Part shown: one piece after another, positions 19,614 to 27,620 of the stretch | How positions within the stretch are numbered: the first letter of the stretch is position 1 | Layout: the number at the start of each line of letters is the position of its first letter | From: Actinomycetota bacterium | Lineage (GTDB): Bacteria > Actinomycetota > UBA4738 > HRBIN12 | DNA length: 46,201 bases | Reading direction: 5' to 3' | NCBI GenBank assembly: GCA_035637835.1 | Contig: DASPWN010000292.1 | Location: 1-46,201, forward strand | Program-made: the position numbers and the translations under genes | The notes under the pieces: model-generated | Seen by the model: the letters and a program-made list of their open reading frames with translations, nothing else | Databases searched by the model: none | Told to the model about the DNA's origin: nothing

Positions 19614-20558
19614 GTGCCTGAGGCCTTCGACGTCCTCACCATGGGGCGGGTCGGGGTGGATCTGTACCCCGAGCAGAGCAGGCTCCATCTCGCCGACATC
19701 AGCACGTTCGCCAAGTCCCTGGGCGGGAGCCCCACGAACGTGGCGGTAGGGGCGGCGCGCTACGGGCACCGCGCCGGGGTGTTCACGAAGGTCGGCAACG
19801 ACGGCTTCGGTGCCTACGTGAGGTCAGCGCTTCGCTCGTTCGGGGTCGACGACAGCTACGTCGGCACCGATCCGGAGCTTCGAACCCCGATCGTCTTCTG
19901 CGAGCTCTTCCCGCCGGACTCCTTCCCCTTGCTCTTCTACCGTGAGCCGAAGGCGCCCGACATGAACCTGACTCGGGACGACCTCGACCTCGACGCCATC
20001 CGAGACGCCAGGATCTTCTGGACCACCGGGACCGGCCTCTCGGACGAGCCCAGTCGATCCGCCACGACCGCCGCCCTGGAGGCCCGGGGACGCTCCCGCA
20101 TCACCGTCCACGACCTGGATTTCCGTCCCTCGTTCTGGCCGGCGCCGGACGAAGCCGGGGGCCGGCAGCGCCGGGCCCTGGACCACGCGACGGTCGCCGT
20201 CGGCAACCGGGAAGAGGTCGCGATTGTCGTGGGGGAGGGTGAGCCTGAGGCCCAGGCCGAGCGGCTTCTCGGTCTGGGACTCGAGTTGGCCGTGGTGAAG
20301 CTGGGACCCGACGGTGTGCTCGTTGCTTGGGAGGGCGGGATGGAGCGCTTTCCGCCGGTGCCGGTGAACGTGGTGAACGGGCTCGGCGCGGGGGACGCCT
20401 TGGGGGCGGCGCTTTGTCATGGCCTCCTGGAGGGATGGGAGATGATCAGGACGATCAGGTTCGCCAATGCGGCGGGGGCCTACGTTGCCTCCCAGCTCGC
20501 ATGCGCGGACGCCATGCCGGACGAGGACCAGGTGCTCGCCCTCATGACACATGCCTGA
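19614..20558 (+). CDS. iolC: 5-dehydro-2-deoxygluconokinase (PfkB family)
   Basis: N-terminus DVLTMGRVGVDLYPEQ...FAKSLGGSPTNVAVGAARYG parallels B. subtilis IolC. C-terminal GAGDA motif. GTG 19614 lies 1 nt after the upstream stop. Confidence 0.8.
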   Translation: MPEAFDVLTMGRVGVDLYPEQSRLHLADISTFAKSLGGSPTNVAVGAARYGHRAGVFTKVGNDGFGAYVRSALRSFGVDDSYVGTDPELRTPIVFCELFPPDSFPLLFYREPKAPDMNLTRDDLDLDAIRDARIFWTTGTGLSDEPSRSATTAALEARGRSRITVHDLDFRPSFWPAPDEAGGRQRRALDHATVAVGNREEVAIVVGEGEPEAQAERLLGLGLELAVVKLGPDGVLVAWEGGMERFPPVPVNVVNGLGAGDALGAALCHGLLEGWEMIRTIRFANAAGAYVASQLACADAMPDEDQVLALMTHA

Positions 20559-21093
20559 GGTCGCCCCCGCCCCACGCCCGCAGCAGGGCAACGCACCCCG
20601 GATGGATCAATACCGACGGATGCGCGGGCGGGCCCAATACCACCTGGACGACGGCCTCGGCGAACTGCTCGGACGGGGTGGTCTCCCAGGACACTCCCTC
20701 GAACCAGGACGCGGAACGGGGAAGGTCCTGGGCGGCCAGGAACGCGGCCCGAACGTTGTGCTGCTCCGGGCAGGTGAACTCCATGTGATGGGCGAACTCG
20801 TGGACCAGCGAGGCCCGCAGGTTCGGCGCAGTGCCGGGGATGCGGATCGTGACCAGTCGGCTGCCGGGGTCGTACGACCCGCGGCCGTCGAGCTCCCAGG
20901 CTCCCTGGACCGTGACGGGGGCGAGGCAGCTTCGGCGGGCGGGGAACGCCTCGACGAACTGCTCCCACGTCGTCACGATGAGCGCTCGCAGGTCTGCCGG
21001 GGACCCTCTCGTGACCGACAGGTCTGCGGGTCCCGGGCCACTGCCCGGCAGGACCAGGGCGAACAGGAGCAGGAGGGCCGGGAGCCTTCGCAC
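20542..21093 (-). CDS. secreted putative zinc metallopeptidase (single HExxH motif)
   Basis: 183 aa, GTG start, signal peptide MRRLPALLLLFALVLPGSG, motif SLVHEFAHHMEF, high GC3 on this strand. The 3' end overlaps the iolC 3' end by 17 nt (convergent). Confidence 0.6.
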   Translation of the reverse strand: MRRLPALLLLFALVLPGSGPGPADLSVTRGSPADLRALIVTTWEQFVEAFPARRSCLAPVTVQGAWELDGRGSYDPGSRLVTIRIPGTAPNLRASLVHEFAHHMEFTCPEQHNVRAAFLAAQDLPRSASWFEGVSWETTPSEQFAEAVVQVVLGPPAHPSVLIHPGCVALLRAWGGGDLRHVS

Positions 21094-21146
21094 CGCAGCC
21101 CGAGGGTACCGGCACAGGCACCCGGCCGTGGCCGGGGGTTCGGGCG

Positions 21147-22019
21147 ATGAGCGAGCTGCTCCGTCCCGCCGGAACGCTGGCCGACGGGCCGGACCCGGTG
21201 ATCCTCATGCCGGACGCTGCCGGGTGGGGGTACACCGCCCTGCGCGTGATCGCCCTCGCGCCGGACGAGCGCCGAGTCGTCACCCTCGAGGGATTCGAGG
21301 CCGCGGTCCTCCCGCTCTCGGGCTCGTGCCGGGTCGAGGTCGGACCGCATGCATTCGAGCTCGACGGGCGCGCCGACGTCTTCTCCCGCGTCAGCGACTT
21401 CGTCTACCTCCCGGAGGGAAGCCAGGCCGTCCTCACCAGCCACGGCCGTGGCGAGTTCGCGTTTCCTACGGCGCGCGCCGAGCGGCGACTGGAACCCGCC
21501 TACGTGCCGGCCCGAGCAGTGGCCGTGGAGGTCCGAGGAGGCGGCGCGGCCACGCGGCAGATCAACAACTTCATGTCGGCCGACGCGTTCGAGGCGGAGC
21601 GGCTCATCGCGGTCGAGGTGCTCACACCGGACGGGAACTGGTCGTCGTTCCCACCGCACAAGCACGACGAGCTCACCGAGCGCGAGGTGCCGCTGGAGGA
21701 GATCTACTACTTCCGGATCCGGGGGGACGGCGGGTTCGGGCTGCACCGCACGTACACCCCTGATGGCGACATCGACGTCACCGTGACCGTGCGCGACGGC
21801 GACGTGTTCCTGATCCCCCGGGGCTATCACGGGCCATGCGTGGCCCCACCGGGCCACACGATGTACTACCTGAACGTCATGGCCGGGCCGGCCGAGCGAG
21901 CCTGGCGCGTGTGCACGGATCCCACGCACGAGTGGTTGTGGGACCTCTTCGCCGATCTCGGCCCCGACCCCCGGTGCCCGCTCACAACGGCCGACGGCCC
22001 GCGATACGTGCCCTCCTAG
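21147..22019 (+). CDS. iolB: 5-deoxy-glucuronate isomerase
   Basis: 290 aa cupin-type protein with IolB blocks NWSSFPPHKHD, EEIYYFR, GDVFLIPRGYHGP and YYLNVMAGP. Confidence 0.85.
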   Translation: MSELLRPAGTLADGPDPVILMPDAAGWGYTALRVIALAPDERRVVTLEGFEAAVLPLSGSCRVEVGPHAFELDGRADVFSRVSDFVYLPEGSQAVLTSHGRGEFAFPTARAERRLEPAYVPARAVAVEVRGGGAATRQINNFMSADAFEAERLIAVEVLTPDGNWSSFPPHKHDELTEREVPLEEIYYFRIRGDGGFGLHRTYTPDGDIDVTVTVRDGDVFLIPRGYHGPCVAPPGHTMYYLNVMAGPAERAWRVCTDPTHEWLWDLFADLGPDPRCPLTTADGPRYVPS

Positions 22020-22126
22020 TGCGCTTCGTGTCACCATCCTCCCGGGTGCTCGGTTTGCCCCATGAGCGCCAGGGTATGGGGTCCGAGGGCGCCTGGATCG
22101 AGGCGCTCAGGGGGGAGGAACGCACC

Positions 22127-22534
22127 ATGGCGACCACGAACGGCTCACGGTCCGGTTCGTTGATTCGGAAGGCCGCGATCATCGGGTTCGGGGTCCGAAC
22201 ACTCGTACGGGACATCGACGTGGCGAAGCGCGAGATCTCCGAGAAGGTGAAGCAGGCGGGGGTTGGGGCGGGCATGTTCGCGGCCGCCGGCATCCTGGCA
22301 CTGTGCGCCCTCGGCGCGTTCACGGCGGCGGCCATCCTGGCGCTAGCCATCGTGCTCCCCGCCTGGGCCTCGGCCCTGATCGTGGGAGGTGTCTGGGCGC
22401 TTCTGGCCCTCGTCCTCGCGCTGGTGGGAAAGGGCAAGGTGGAGAAGGCCACCCCGCCCATACCGAAAGATGCGGCCGAGGCCATGAAGGACGACGCCCG
22501 CTACCTCGCCAGGGAGCTGAAGCGGGGAAGATAG
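22127..22534 (+). CDS. Holin-X-like (phage holin family 3_6-type) small membrane protein
   Basis: ORF 21836..22534 trimmed to ATG 22127 after GGGGGGAGGAA. The pattern AKREISEKVKQAGVGAGMFAAAG..., two TM helices and ...LVGKGKVEK matches actinobacterial Holin-X family members. Confidence 0.6.
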   Translation: MATTNGSRSGSLIRKAAIIGFGVRTLVRDIDVAKREISEKVKQAGVGAGMFAAAGILALCALGAFTAAAILALAIVLPAWASALIVGGVWALLALVLALVGKGKVEKATPPIPKDAAEAMKDDARYLARELKRGR

Positions 22535-22539
22535 AGGGC

Positions 22540-23514
22540 GTGAAGGAGATCCTCCGGTCTGTCGACGCGTTCCAGCAGCGGCATGCCGCCATCGGGTTCC
22601 CCTTCGCGGTGGTCAAGAAGTTCGGTGACGACCAGGCCGGGAACCTGGCCGCGCTGATCGCCTACTACGGCTTCTTCTCCCTGTTTCCCCTGTTGCTCGT
22701 GCTCGTGACCGTCCTGGGCATGGTCCTGCGCAACAACCCCGACCTCCAGACACGCATCCTCGATTCGGCGCTGGCCAACTTCCCAGTCATCGGAATCGAG
22801 ATCTCCCGCAACGTCCACGCGCTCGAAGGAAGCGGCGCGACGCTCGCCCTGGGAATCGCGCTGACCCTGTGGTCAGGCCTGGGGGTGATCAAGGCCACGC
22901 AGGCCGCGATGAACACGGTGTGGAACGTTCCCTTCGAGCACCGGCCGAATTTCCTCAAGTCCACGCTGCGAGCGCTGATCATGCTCGGGGTGCTGGGCGT
23001 GCTGACCCTGGCCTCCGCCGCAGCGGGAAGCGTCGGCGGTGGGAGCGATCAGTGGTGGTTGGTGATCCTGGGTCTGGCCGTCTCGCTCGTGATGAACCTG
23101 TTCCTGTTCCTTCTCGCGTTCCGCATCCTGACCAGCGAGAACCTCACCTGGAGCGACGTGCTGCCCGGCGCGGCGGTGGGCTCGGTGGCCTGGACGACCC
23201 TCCAGGCCCTGGGCGGGTACTACGTGAGCCACCAGCTCCAGGGGGCAAGCGAGGTGTACGGGACGTTCGCCATGGTCATCGGGTTGCTGGCTTGGATCTT
23301 CATCGGAGCCCAGGTAACGCTGCTCGCCGCAGAGGTCAACGTGGTGCGGAAGCGGCACCTCTGGCCGAGGAGCCTGGTGCAGCCACCGTTCACCGACGCG
23401 GACGTCCAGGCCATGACCAACTACGCGAAGCAGGAGGACCGCCGGCCGGAGGAGCGGATCGACGTCGAGGTCGACGGCCCTCGCTCGAACGCGGGGGGCT
23501 CGGCCGGCCGCTAG
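22540..23514 (+). CDS. YihY/BrkB-family (ribonuclease BN-like) integral membrane protein
   Basis: ORF 22303..23514 trimmed to GTG 22540. N-terminal signature GNLAALIAYYGFFSLFPLLL and six TM segments. Confidence 0.75.
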   Translation: MKEILRSVDAFQQRHAAIGFPFAVVKKFGDDQAGNLAALIAYYGFFSLFPLLLVLVTVLGMVLRNNPDLQTRILDSALANFPVIGIEISRNVHALEGSGATLALGIALTLWSGLGVIKATQAAMNTVWNVPFEHRPNFLKSTLRALIMLGVLGVLTLASAAAGSVGGGSDQWWLVILGLAVSLVMNLFLFLLAFRILTSENLTWSDVLPGAAVGSVAWTTLQALGGYYVSHQLQGASEVYGTFAMVIGLLAWIFIGAQVTLLAAEVNVVRKRHLWPRSLVQPPFTDADVQAMTNYAKQEDRRPEERIDVEVDGPRSNAGGSAGR

Positions 23515-23643
23515 CTTCCGGATACGCCAGGTGGCGGCCGGGACCCTTCGAACCCGGGTGGTCTACCATCCAAACGAGCGGCGGCGCCCCGTTGGGTGAC
23601 CTCATGGCCCGGGAGGTATCCGCCCCCGAAGGAAGGACGAGCG

Positions 23644-24252
23644 ATGGCCAAGGCCACGCAGACCGACCCATTCCGCACCAAGGACGGGGACAGCGGGGTG
23701 AGCAGCCAGCCTCTGTTCCATCAGCACGGGGAGGAGGTCCAGGAGTTCGGGAAGATGCGGTTGCTCCCGATCGCGCTGGGCTACGAGGCTCGCGTGGAGA
23801 GCTGCCAGCTGCTGAACCAGATCCTCTCGGACTCGATGATCCTGTACGCCATGTACAAGAAGCACCACTGGCTGGTCCGGGGCCCCACCTTCTTCCAGCT
23901 GCACCTGTTGCTGGACAGGCACGCCGACGAGCAGCTCAAGCTCATCGACGTGCTCGGAGAGCGGGTGCAGACCCTGGGCGGGGTGGCCGTAGGCGACCCC
24001 CGTCTCGCAGCGGAGATCACGACGATCCCTCGTCCTCCGGACGGGGCCGAGGACGTTCCCTCGATGCTCTCCAGGCTCCTCGAGGCTCACGAGATCATCA
24101 TCACGAAGGTCCGCAATGCCATCACGAAGACCGCGGAGACCCGGGACGACGGCACCAACGACCTGCTGATGAGTGACGTGCTGCGGACGAACGAGCTTCA
24201 GGTCTGGTTCATCGCCGAGCACTTGGTGGACGTCCCGGTCGTTCGGGTCTGA
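23644..24252 (+). CDS. dps: Dps-family DNA protection / ferritin-like protein with extended N-terminal tail
   Basis: ORF 23596..24252. ATG 23644 follows GAAGGAAGGA. Dps blocks LYAMYKKHHWLVRGPTFFQLHLLLD and DDGTNDLL. Confidence 0.8.
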   Translation: MAKATQTDPFRTKDGDSGVSSQPLFHQHGEEVQEFGKMRLLPIALGYEARVESCQLLNQILSDSMILYAMYKKHHWLVRGPTFFQLHLLLDRHADEQLKLIDVLGERVQTLGGVAVGDPRLAAEITTIPRPPDGAEDVPSMLSRLLEAHEIIITKVRNAITKTAETRDDGTNDLLMSDVLRTNELQVWFIAEHLVDVPVVRV

Positions 24253-24285
24253 CGGCGCTGCAGAGCTCGAGCCCCAGGAAGGGGA

Positions 24286-24939
24286 TCACTCGCCCCGGGC
24301 GAACAGCCTGCTGAGTCCGAGCCATCGCCGCTTGGACGGCTGGACCTTCACGAAATCGGGCTGGTCGATGCGTCGGAGCTGCGCGCACAGATCCACCAGC
24401 ATCTCGCGGGTAACCGGGATATCTGCCGAAGCAAGAGACTGAGACTCGGAACGGTGCCGTTGGAGCTCGTCGTACATGGCTCGAGCGATGCCCGGCTCCC
24501 GATCGATGAGGCGAAGCAGCGCCGGCCGCGTGAGCTCCAAAGCCGACACGCCGCTCTCCGCGGCGATCGTGGCCGTGCGAGGTCCGCCGTCGATCACGGC
24601 GATCTCGCCGAAGTACGACCCCGACCCCAGCGTGGAGACCTCCTTGCCGGAGATGCTGACCCTGACCGTCCCTCTCGCGAGGACGAAGAACCCTTTCCCC
24701 TTCTCGCCCTCCGTGACGATGGGGACGCCGGGCTGGTACTCGATGGCGTGGGACGAACCGAGCACCGATGACAGCTGGCCCTGCGTCAGCCCGGAGAACA
24801 GTGGGATGGATCGGAGGGTCTCGAGGTGCTCGGACTTGATCCACCGAAGCCCTAGCCAACTCGCCACGATGAGGATGAGGAAGATGGCGCCCGGGACCAA
24901 CCAGGAAGCCACGACCCCGGCGATGACCGGAACTGACAC
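24286..24939 (-). CDS. membrane-anchored cyclic-nucleotide-binding domain protein
   Basis: 217 aa, GTG start. One N-terminal TM segment, then a cNMP-binding fold (LFSGL, GEKGKGFFVLARG, SYFGEIAVIDGGPRTATI). No HTH recognised. Confidence 0.7.
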   Translation of the reverse strand: MSVPVIAGVVASWLVPGAIFLILIVASWLGLRWIKSEHLETLRSIPLFSGLTQGQLSSVLGSSHAIEYQPGVPIVTEGEKGKGFFVLARGTVRVSISGKEVSTLGSGSYFGEIAVIDGGPRTATIAAESGVSALELTRPALLRLIDREPGIARAMYDELQRHRSESQSLASADIPVTREMLVDLCAQLRRIDQPDFVKVQPSKRRWLGLSRLFARGE

Positions 24940-25009
24940 CGCGTCCCCCGCCCTCGAAGGGGGTGACGATAGCTCCGCGCGCTGACGAGCGCAAAGCGCC
25001 CGTCCGTGC

Positions 25010-26557
25010 TCAGCTCTGATCGGATTCCGAGGAGCCGGCGTGGATCGCCCGCACGGTCTCGATAGTGTCGGCGTCCTCGGGGCGCTTGTCGAGACGATAG
25101 CCCTTCACCCGGGCAAACCGTAGGGCCAGACCGGCCGGGTACCTCGGGCTGCGCTGTACCCCGTCGAAAGCCACCTCCACGACCAGCTCGGGTCGCACGT
25201 AGACCGTGAAGTCGTCGCGGCGGGTCTCGAGCTGGAGGAACCGCTCGGTCTGCCACGCGAGCATCTCGTCGGTCATGCCTTTGAACGTCTTTCCCAGCAT
25301 CACGTAGCCTCCGGTTGCCGGGTCACTGGCACCCAGGTGGAGGTTGCTGAGCCAGCCCTGCCGGCGCCCGTGTCCCCACTCCACGGCCAGCACCACGAGG
25401 TCGAGCGTGTGCGCTCGCTTGACCTTCAGCCAGCTCGCTCCCCGCCGGCCGGCCTCGTACGGGGCATCGAGCGCCTTGACCATCACACCCTCGTGACCGC
25501 GCTCGAGCGCGCCGTCGAGGAACCGGTCGGCCTCCTCCGGGTCGGCCGTCAGGATCCTCGGCACCCCCAGCTCTTCCGGGATGCGAGCGTCGAGCGCCGC
25601 GATCCGCTCCTCGGCGGGCTTGTCGATGAGGTCGTCGCCGTCCAGATGCAGGACGTCGAAGTAGAACGACGAGAGCGGAACGGTCCGGCGAAGCTCCGGC
25701 ACGTCCAGTCGGCTACCGAAGCGGCTCATCGTCATTTGGAACGGATGCGGGCGCCCGTCCGGACGGAGCGCGATTGCCTCCCCGTCCAGGATCAGGGCGT
25801 TGACCGGCAGCGCGCGAACGGCCTCGACCACCTCCGGCACCCGATCGGTGATGTCGGCCAGGTTGCGCGTGAACGCGCGGACGTCGCCGTCGAGCCGATG
25901 CACCTGGATCCGGGCGCCGTCGAGCTTCCACTCGATGGCAGCGGGATGGATCCGCCCCAGTGCGTCCGTGAGATCGGTGGCGGTCTGCGCCAGCATCGGC
26001 TGGATCGGCCGCAACATCGTGAGCCGGAACCCGGCGAGACCTTGGGTCCCGTTCGCGACGGCCTCGGCCGCCACGACGCCGAGGTCCCCGGCGACCATCA
26101 GCGCCCGGCGGACCTCCGGTGCCGGCACGCTCGCCGCCTTGGCAACGGCCTCGACCATGATCCCCTCGAGCGCACCCTGCCGGATCTCGCCGGAGAGGAG
26201 GCCGAGAAGGAACCGTTGCTCCTGCTCCGTCGTTCGACTGAACAGTTCGGTGACCTCGCCCCGCCGCGTCGCCTGCGACCCCTTCCCGCTCGCGGCGGCG
26301 ATCCGGTTGAGCGCGGCGTGTACCTCACGAACCTCGAGCGTGGGCGGGAGAGTGGCGGGAGGCGGCAGGTGGCGAAGCGATGCCCACCCCACGCCCACCG
26401 TCCCCTGCGGCAGGACGCCTGAGAGATAGGCGACCGCGATCGGGACCTCGTCCGGCCCCAAATGACGAAGGGTGGCGGCCAGCAGGTCGATCTTGGCCAG
26501 CCGCGACCGCGTTTGTCCCACCGCCGCCGACGTCCGCGCGATCTCATCGAGGAGCAC
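25010..26557 (-). CDS. ligB: ATP-dependent DNA ligase (Lig1/LigB-like, three-domain)
   Basis: 515 aa, GTG start. Adenylation motif [13 protein letters not shown], motif IV EGVMVK, motif V WLKVK. The N-terminus [13 protein letters not shown]...[10 protein letters not shown] resembles mycobacterial LigB. Confidence 0.8.
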   Translation of the reverse strand: MLLDEIARTSAAVGQTRSRLAKIDLLAATLRHLGPDEVPIAVAYLSGVLPQGTVGVGWASLRHLPPPATLPPTLEVREVHAALNRIAAASGKGSQATRRGEVTELFSRTTEQEQRFLLGLLSGEIRQGALEGIMVEAVAKAASVPAPEVRRALMVAGDLGVVAAEAVANGTQGLAGFRLTMLRPIQPMLAQTATDLTDALGRIHPAAIEWKLDGARIQVHRLDGDVRAFTRNLADITDRVPEVVEAVRALPVNALILDGEAIALRPDGRPHPFQMTMSRFGSRLDVPELRRTVPLSSFYFDVLHLDGDDLIDKPAEERIAALDARIPEELGVPRILTADPEEADRFLDGALERGHEGVMVKALDAPYEAGRRGASWLKVKRAHTLDLVVLAVEWGHGRRQGWLSNLHLGASDPATGGYVMLGKTFKGMTDEMLAWQTERFLQLETRRDDFTVYVRPELVVEVAFDGVQRSPRYPAGLALRFARVKGYRLDKRPEDADTIETVRAIHAGSSESDQS

Positions 26558-26640
26558 GTGGGAGATTCTGCGACACGGCGACGGCTGGTGAGGTGTGTGG
26601 CAGGATGCTCAACCGATGATCGAGAACGTCGGAGGCAGCG

Positions 26641-27561
26641 GTGGCTGAGATCTTGGACGAACCGCGACAAACGATGCTGCGGCTGCCGCTGCCTGTTGAC
26701 CTCGGGCTGACGTTGGCGATCCTCGCCCACGGCAAGGCTCATCCGTGTGTCCGGTCGAACCCCGACGGCTCGTGGTGGCGGGCGACACGAACCCCGCTCG
26801 GTCCGGCCACGACGCGCTTCGTCCCGACCGACGGGGGGATCCGTGCAGAGGCATGGGGGCCTGGGAAGGAGTGGGCGCTCGATGCGGCACCGGAGCTTCT
26901 CGGTGCGCGCGATCCGGTGGATGGATTCGATCCGGCTCCGGGCATCGTCCGCGACCTGCACCGTCGGATGACGGGTCTGCGGATCCCGAGGTCCCGGGCC
27001 GTGTTCGAGGCCCTGGCGCCCACGATCCTGGAACAGAAGGTGCCGGGGGCCGAGGCGTTCGCGAGCTACCGGAACCTCGTTCGGGCCTTCGGCGAGACCG
27101 CGCCTGGTCCGGGAGGCCTGCGGCTGCCACCCTCGCCGGAGGCCCTCGCCCGGACCCCCTATCCGGCGTTCCATCCCCTGGGGATCGAACGACGGCGTGC
27201 GGACACGCTGCGTGCAGCAGCTTCCCGTGCCGTCCGGCTGGAGGAGACCGTCGGGATGCCGCTGCCGCAGGCGTACCGGCGGATCGAGGCGTTCCCCGGC
27301 GTGGGGCCGTGGAGCGCCGCCAGGGTGGCCATGGTGGCGCTCGGCGACGCCGATGCGGTTCCGCTCGGCGACTACCACTTCCCCCACATGGTGGCGTGGG
27401 CATTCATCCGTCGGCCCCGTGGGTCCGACGAGCAGATGCTGGAGCTCCTGGAGCCTTTCGCGGGCCATCGGGGGCGCGTCCTCCGGCTGCTGCTTGCTGC
27501 CGGCGTAAGCGCGCCGCGGTACGGACCGCGTATGTCGCTCCGTTCGATCGAACGCATCTGA
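26641..27561 (+). CDS. HhH-GPD superfamily DNA glycosylase (AlkA-like 3-methyladenine glycosylase)
   Basis: GTG 26641 lies 5 nt after GGAGG. HhH-GPD region FPGVGPWSAARVAMVALGDADAVPLGDYH with a catalytic Asp candidate. Confidence 0.7.
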   Translation: MAEILDEPRQTMLRLPLPVDLGLTLAILAHGKAHPCVRSNPDGSWWRATRTPLGPATTRFVPTDGGIRAEAWGPGKEWALDAAPELLGARDPVDGFDPAPGIVRDLHRRMTGLRIPRSRAVFEALAPTILEQKVPGAEAFASYRNLVRAFGETAPGPGGLRLPPSPEALARTPYPAFHPLGIERRRADTLRAAASRAVRLEETVGMPLPQAYRRIEAFPGVGPWSAARVAMVALGDADAVPLGDYHFPHMVAWAFIRRPRGSDEQMLELLEPFAGHRGRVLRLLLAAGVSAPRYGPRMSLRSIERI

Positions 27562-27563
27562 CC

Positions 27564-27593
27564 GCGCAGCCGGGGGAAGCGGCCAGGCTGCGC
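27564..27593 (+). terminator. stem-loop GCGCAGCC-14 nt-GGCTGCGC just after the glycosylase stop
   Basis: Perfect 8-bp GC-rich stem 3 nt after stop 27561, with no T tract. Confidence 0.35.
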
Positions 27594-27608
27594 CCCGGGA
27601 GGAGCCGG

Positions 27609-27614
27609 TACCAT
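27609..27614 (+). promoter_or_regulatory. -10-like hexamer TACCAT exactly 6 nt upstream of ATG 27621 (leaderless geometry)
   Basis: GGTACCAT-CCGGCC-ATG, with no Shine-Dalgarno sequence. Confidence 0.4.
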
Positions 27615-27620
27615 CCGGCC

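Noticed and set aside
20551-21150. 199-aa plus-strand ORF between iolC and iolB
   Set aside because: It is antisense to the HExxH ORF. The minus-strand frame has a signal peptide, a metal-binding motif and the expected G/C third-position bias, while the plus-strand product is Arg/Gly-rich with no motif.
22922-22931. GGAACGTTCC, the 10-bp core of the iol operator, inside the YihY-like gene
   Set aside because: It lies in coding sequence (encoding WNVPF) far from any promoter and lacks the outer TT/AA of the 14-bp operator. It is a low-probability match but most simply explained as coincidence. Worth including only if a genome-wide operator scan is run.
27541-27554. Perfect 14-bp palindrome CGTTCGATCGAACG at the 3' end of the glycosylase gene
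   Set aside because: It lies inside coding sequence, and a few 14-bp palindromes are expected by chance in 46 kb. Its half-sites are in the GTTC...GAAC orientation, opposite to SOS-type boxes, and no second copy was seen.
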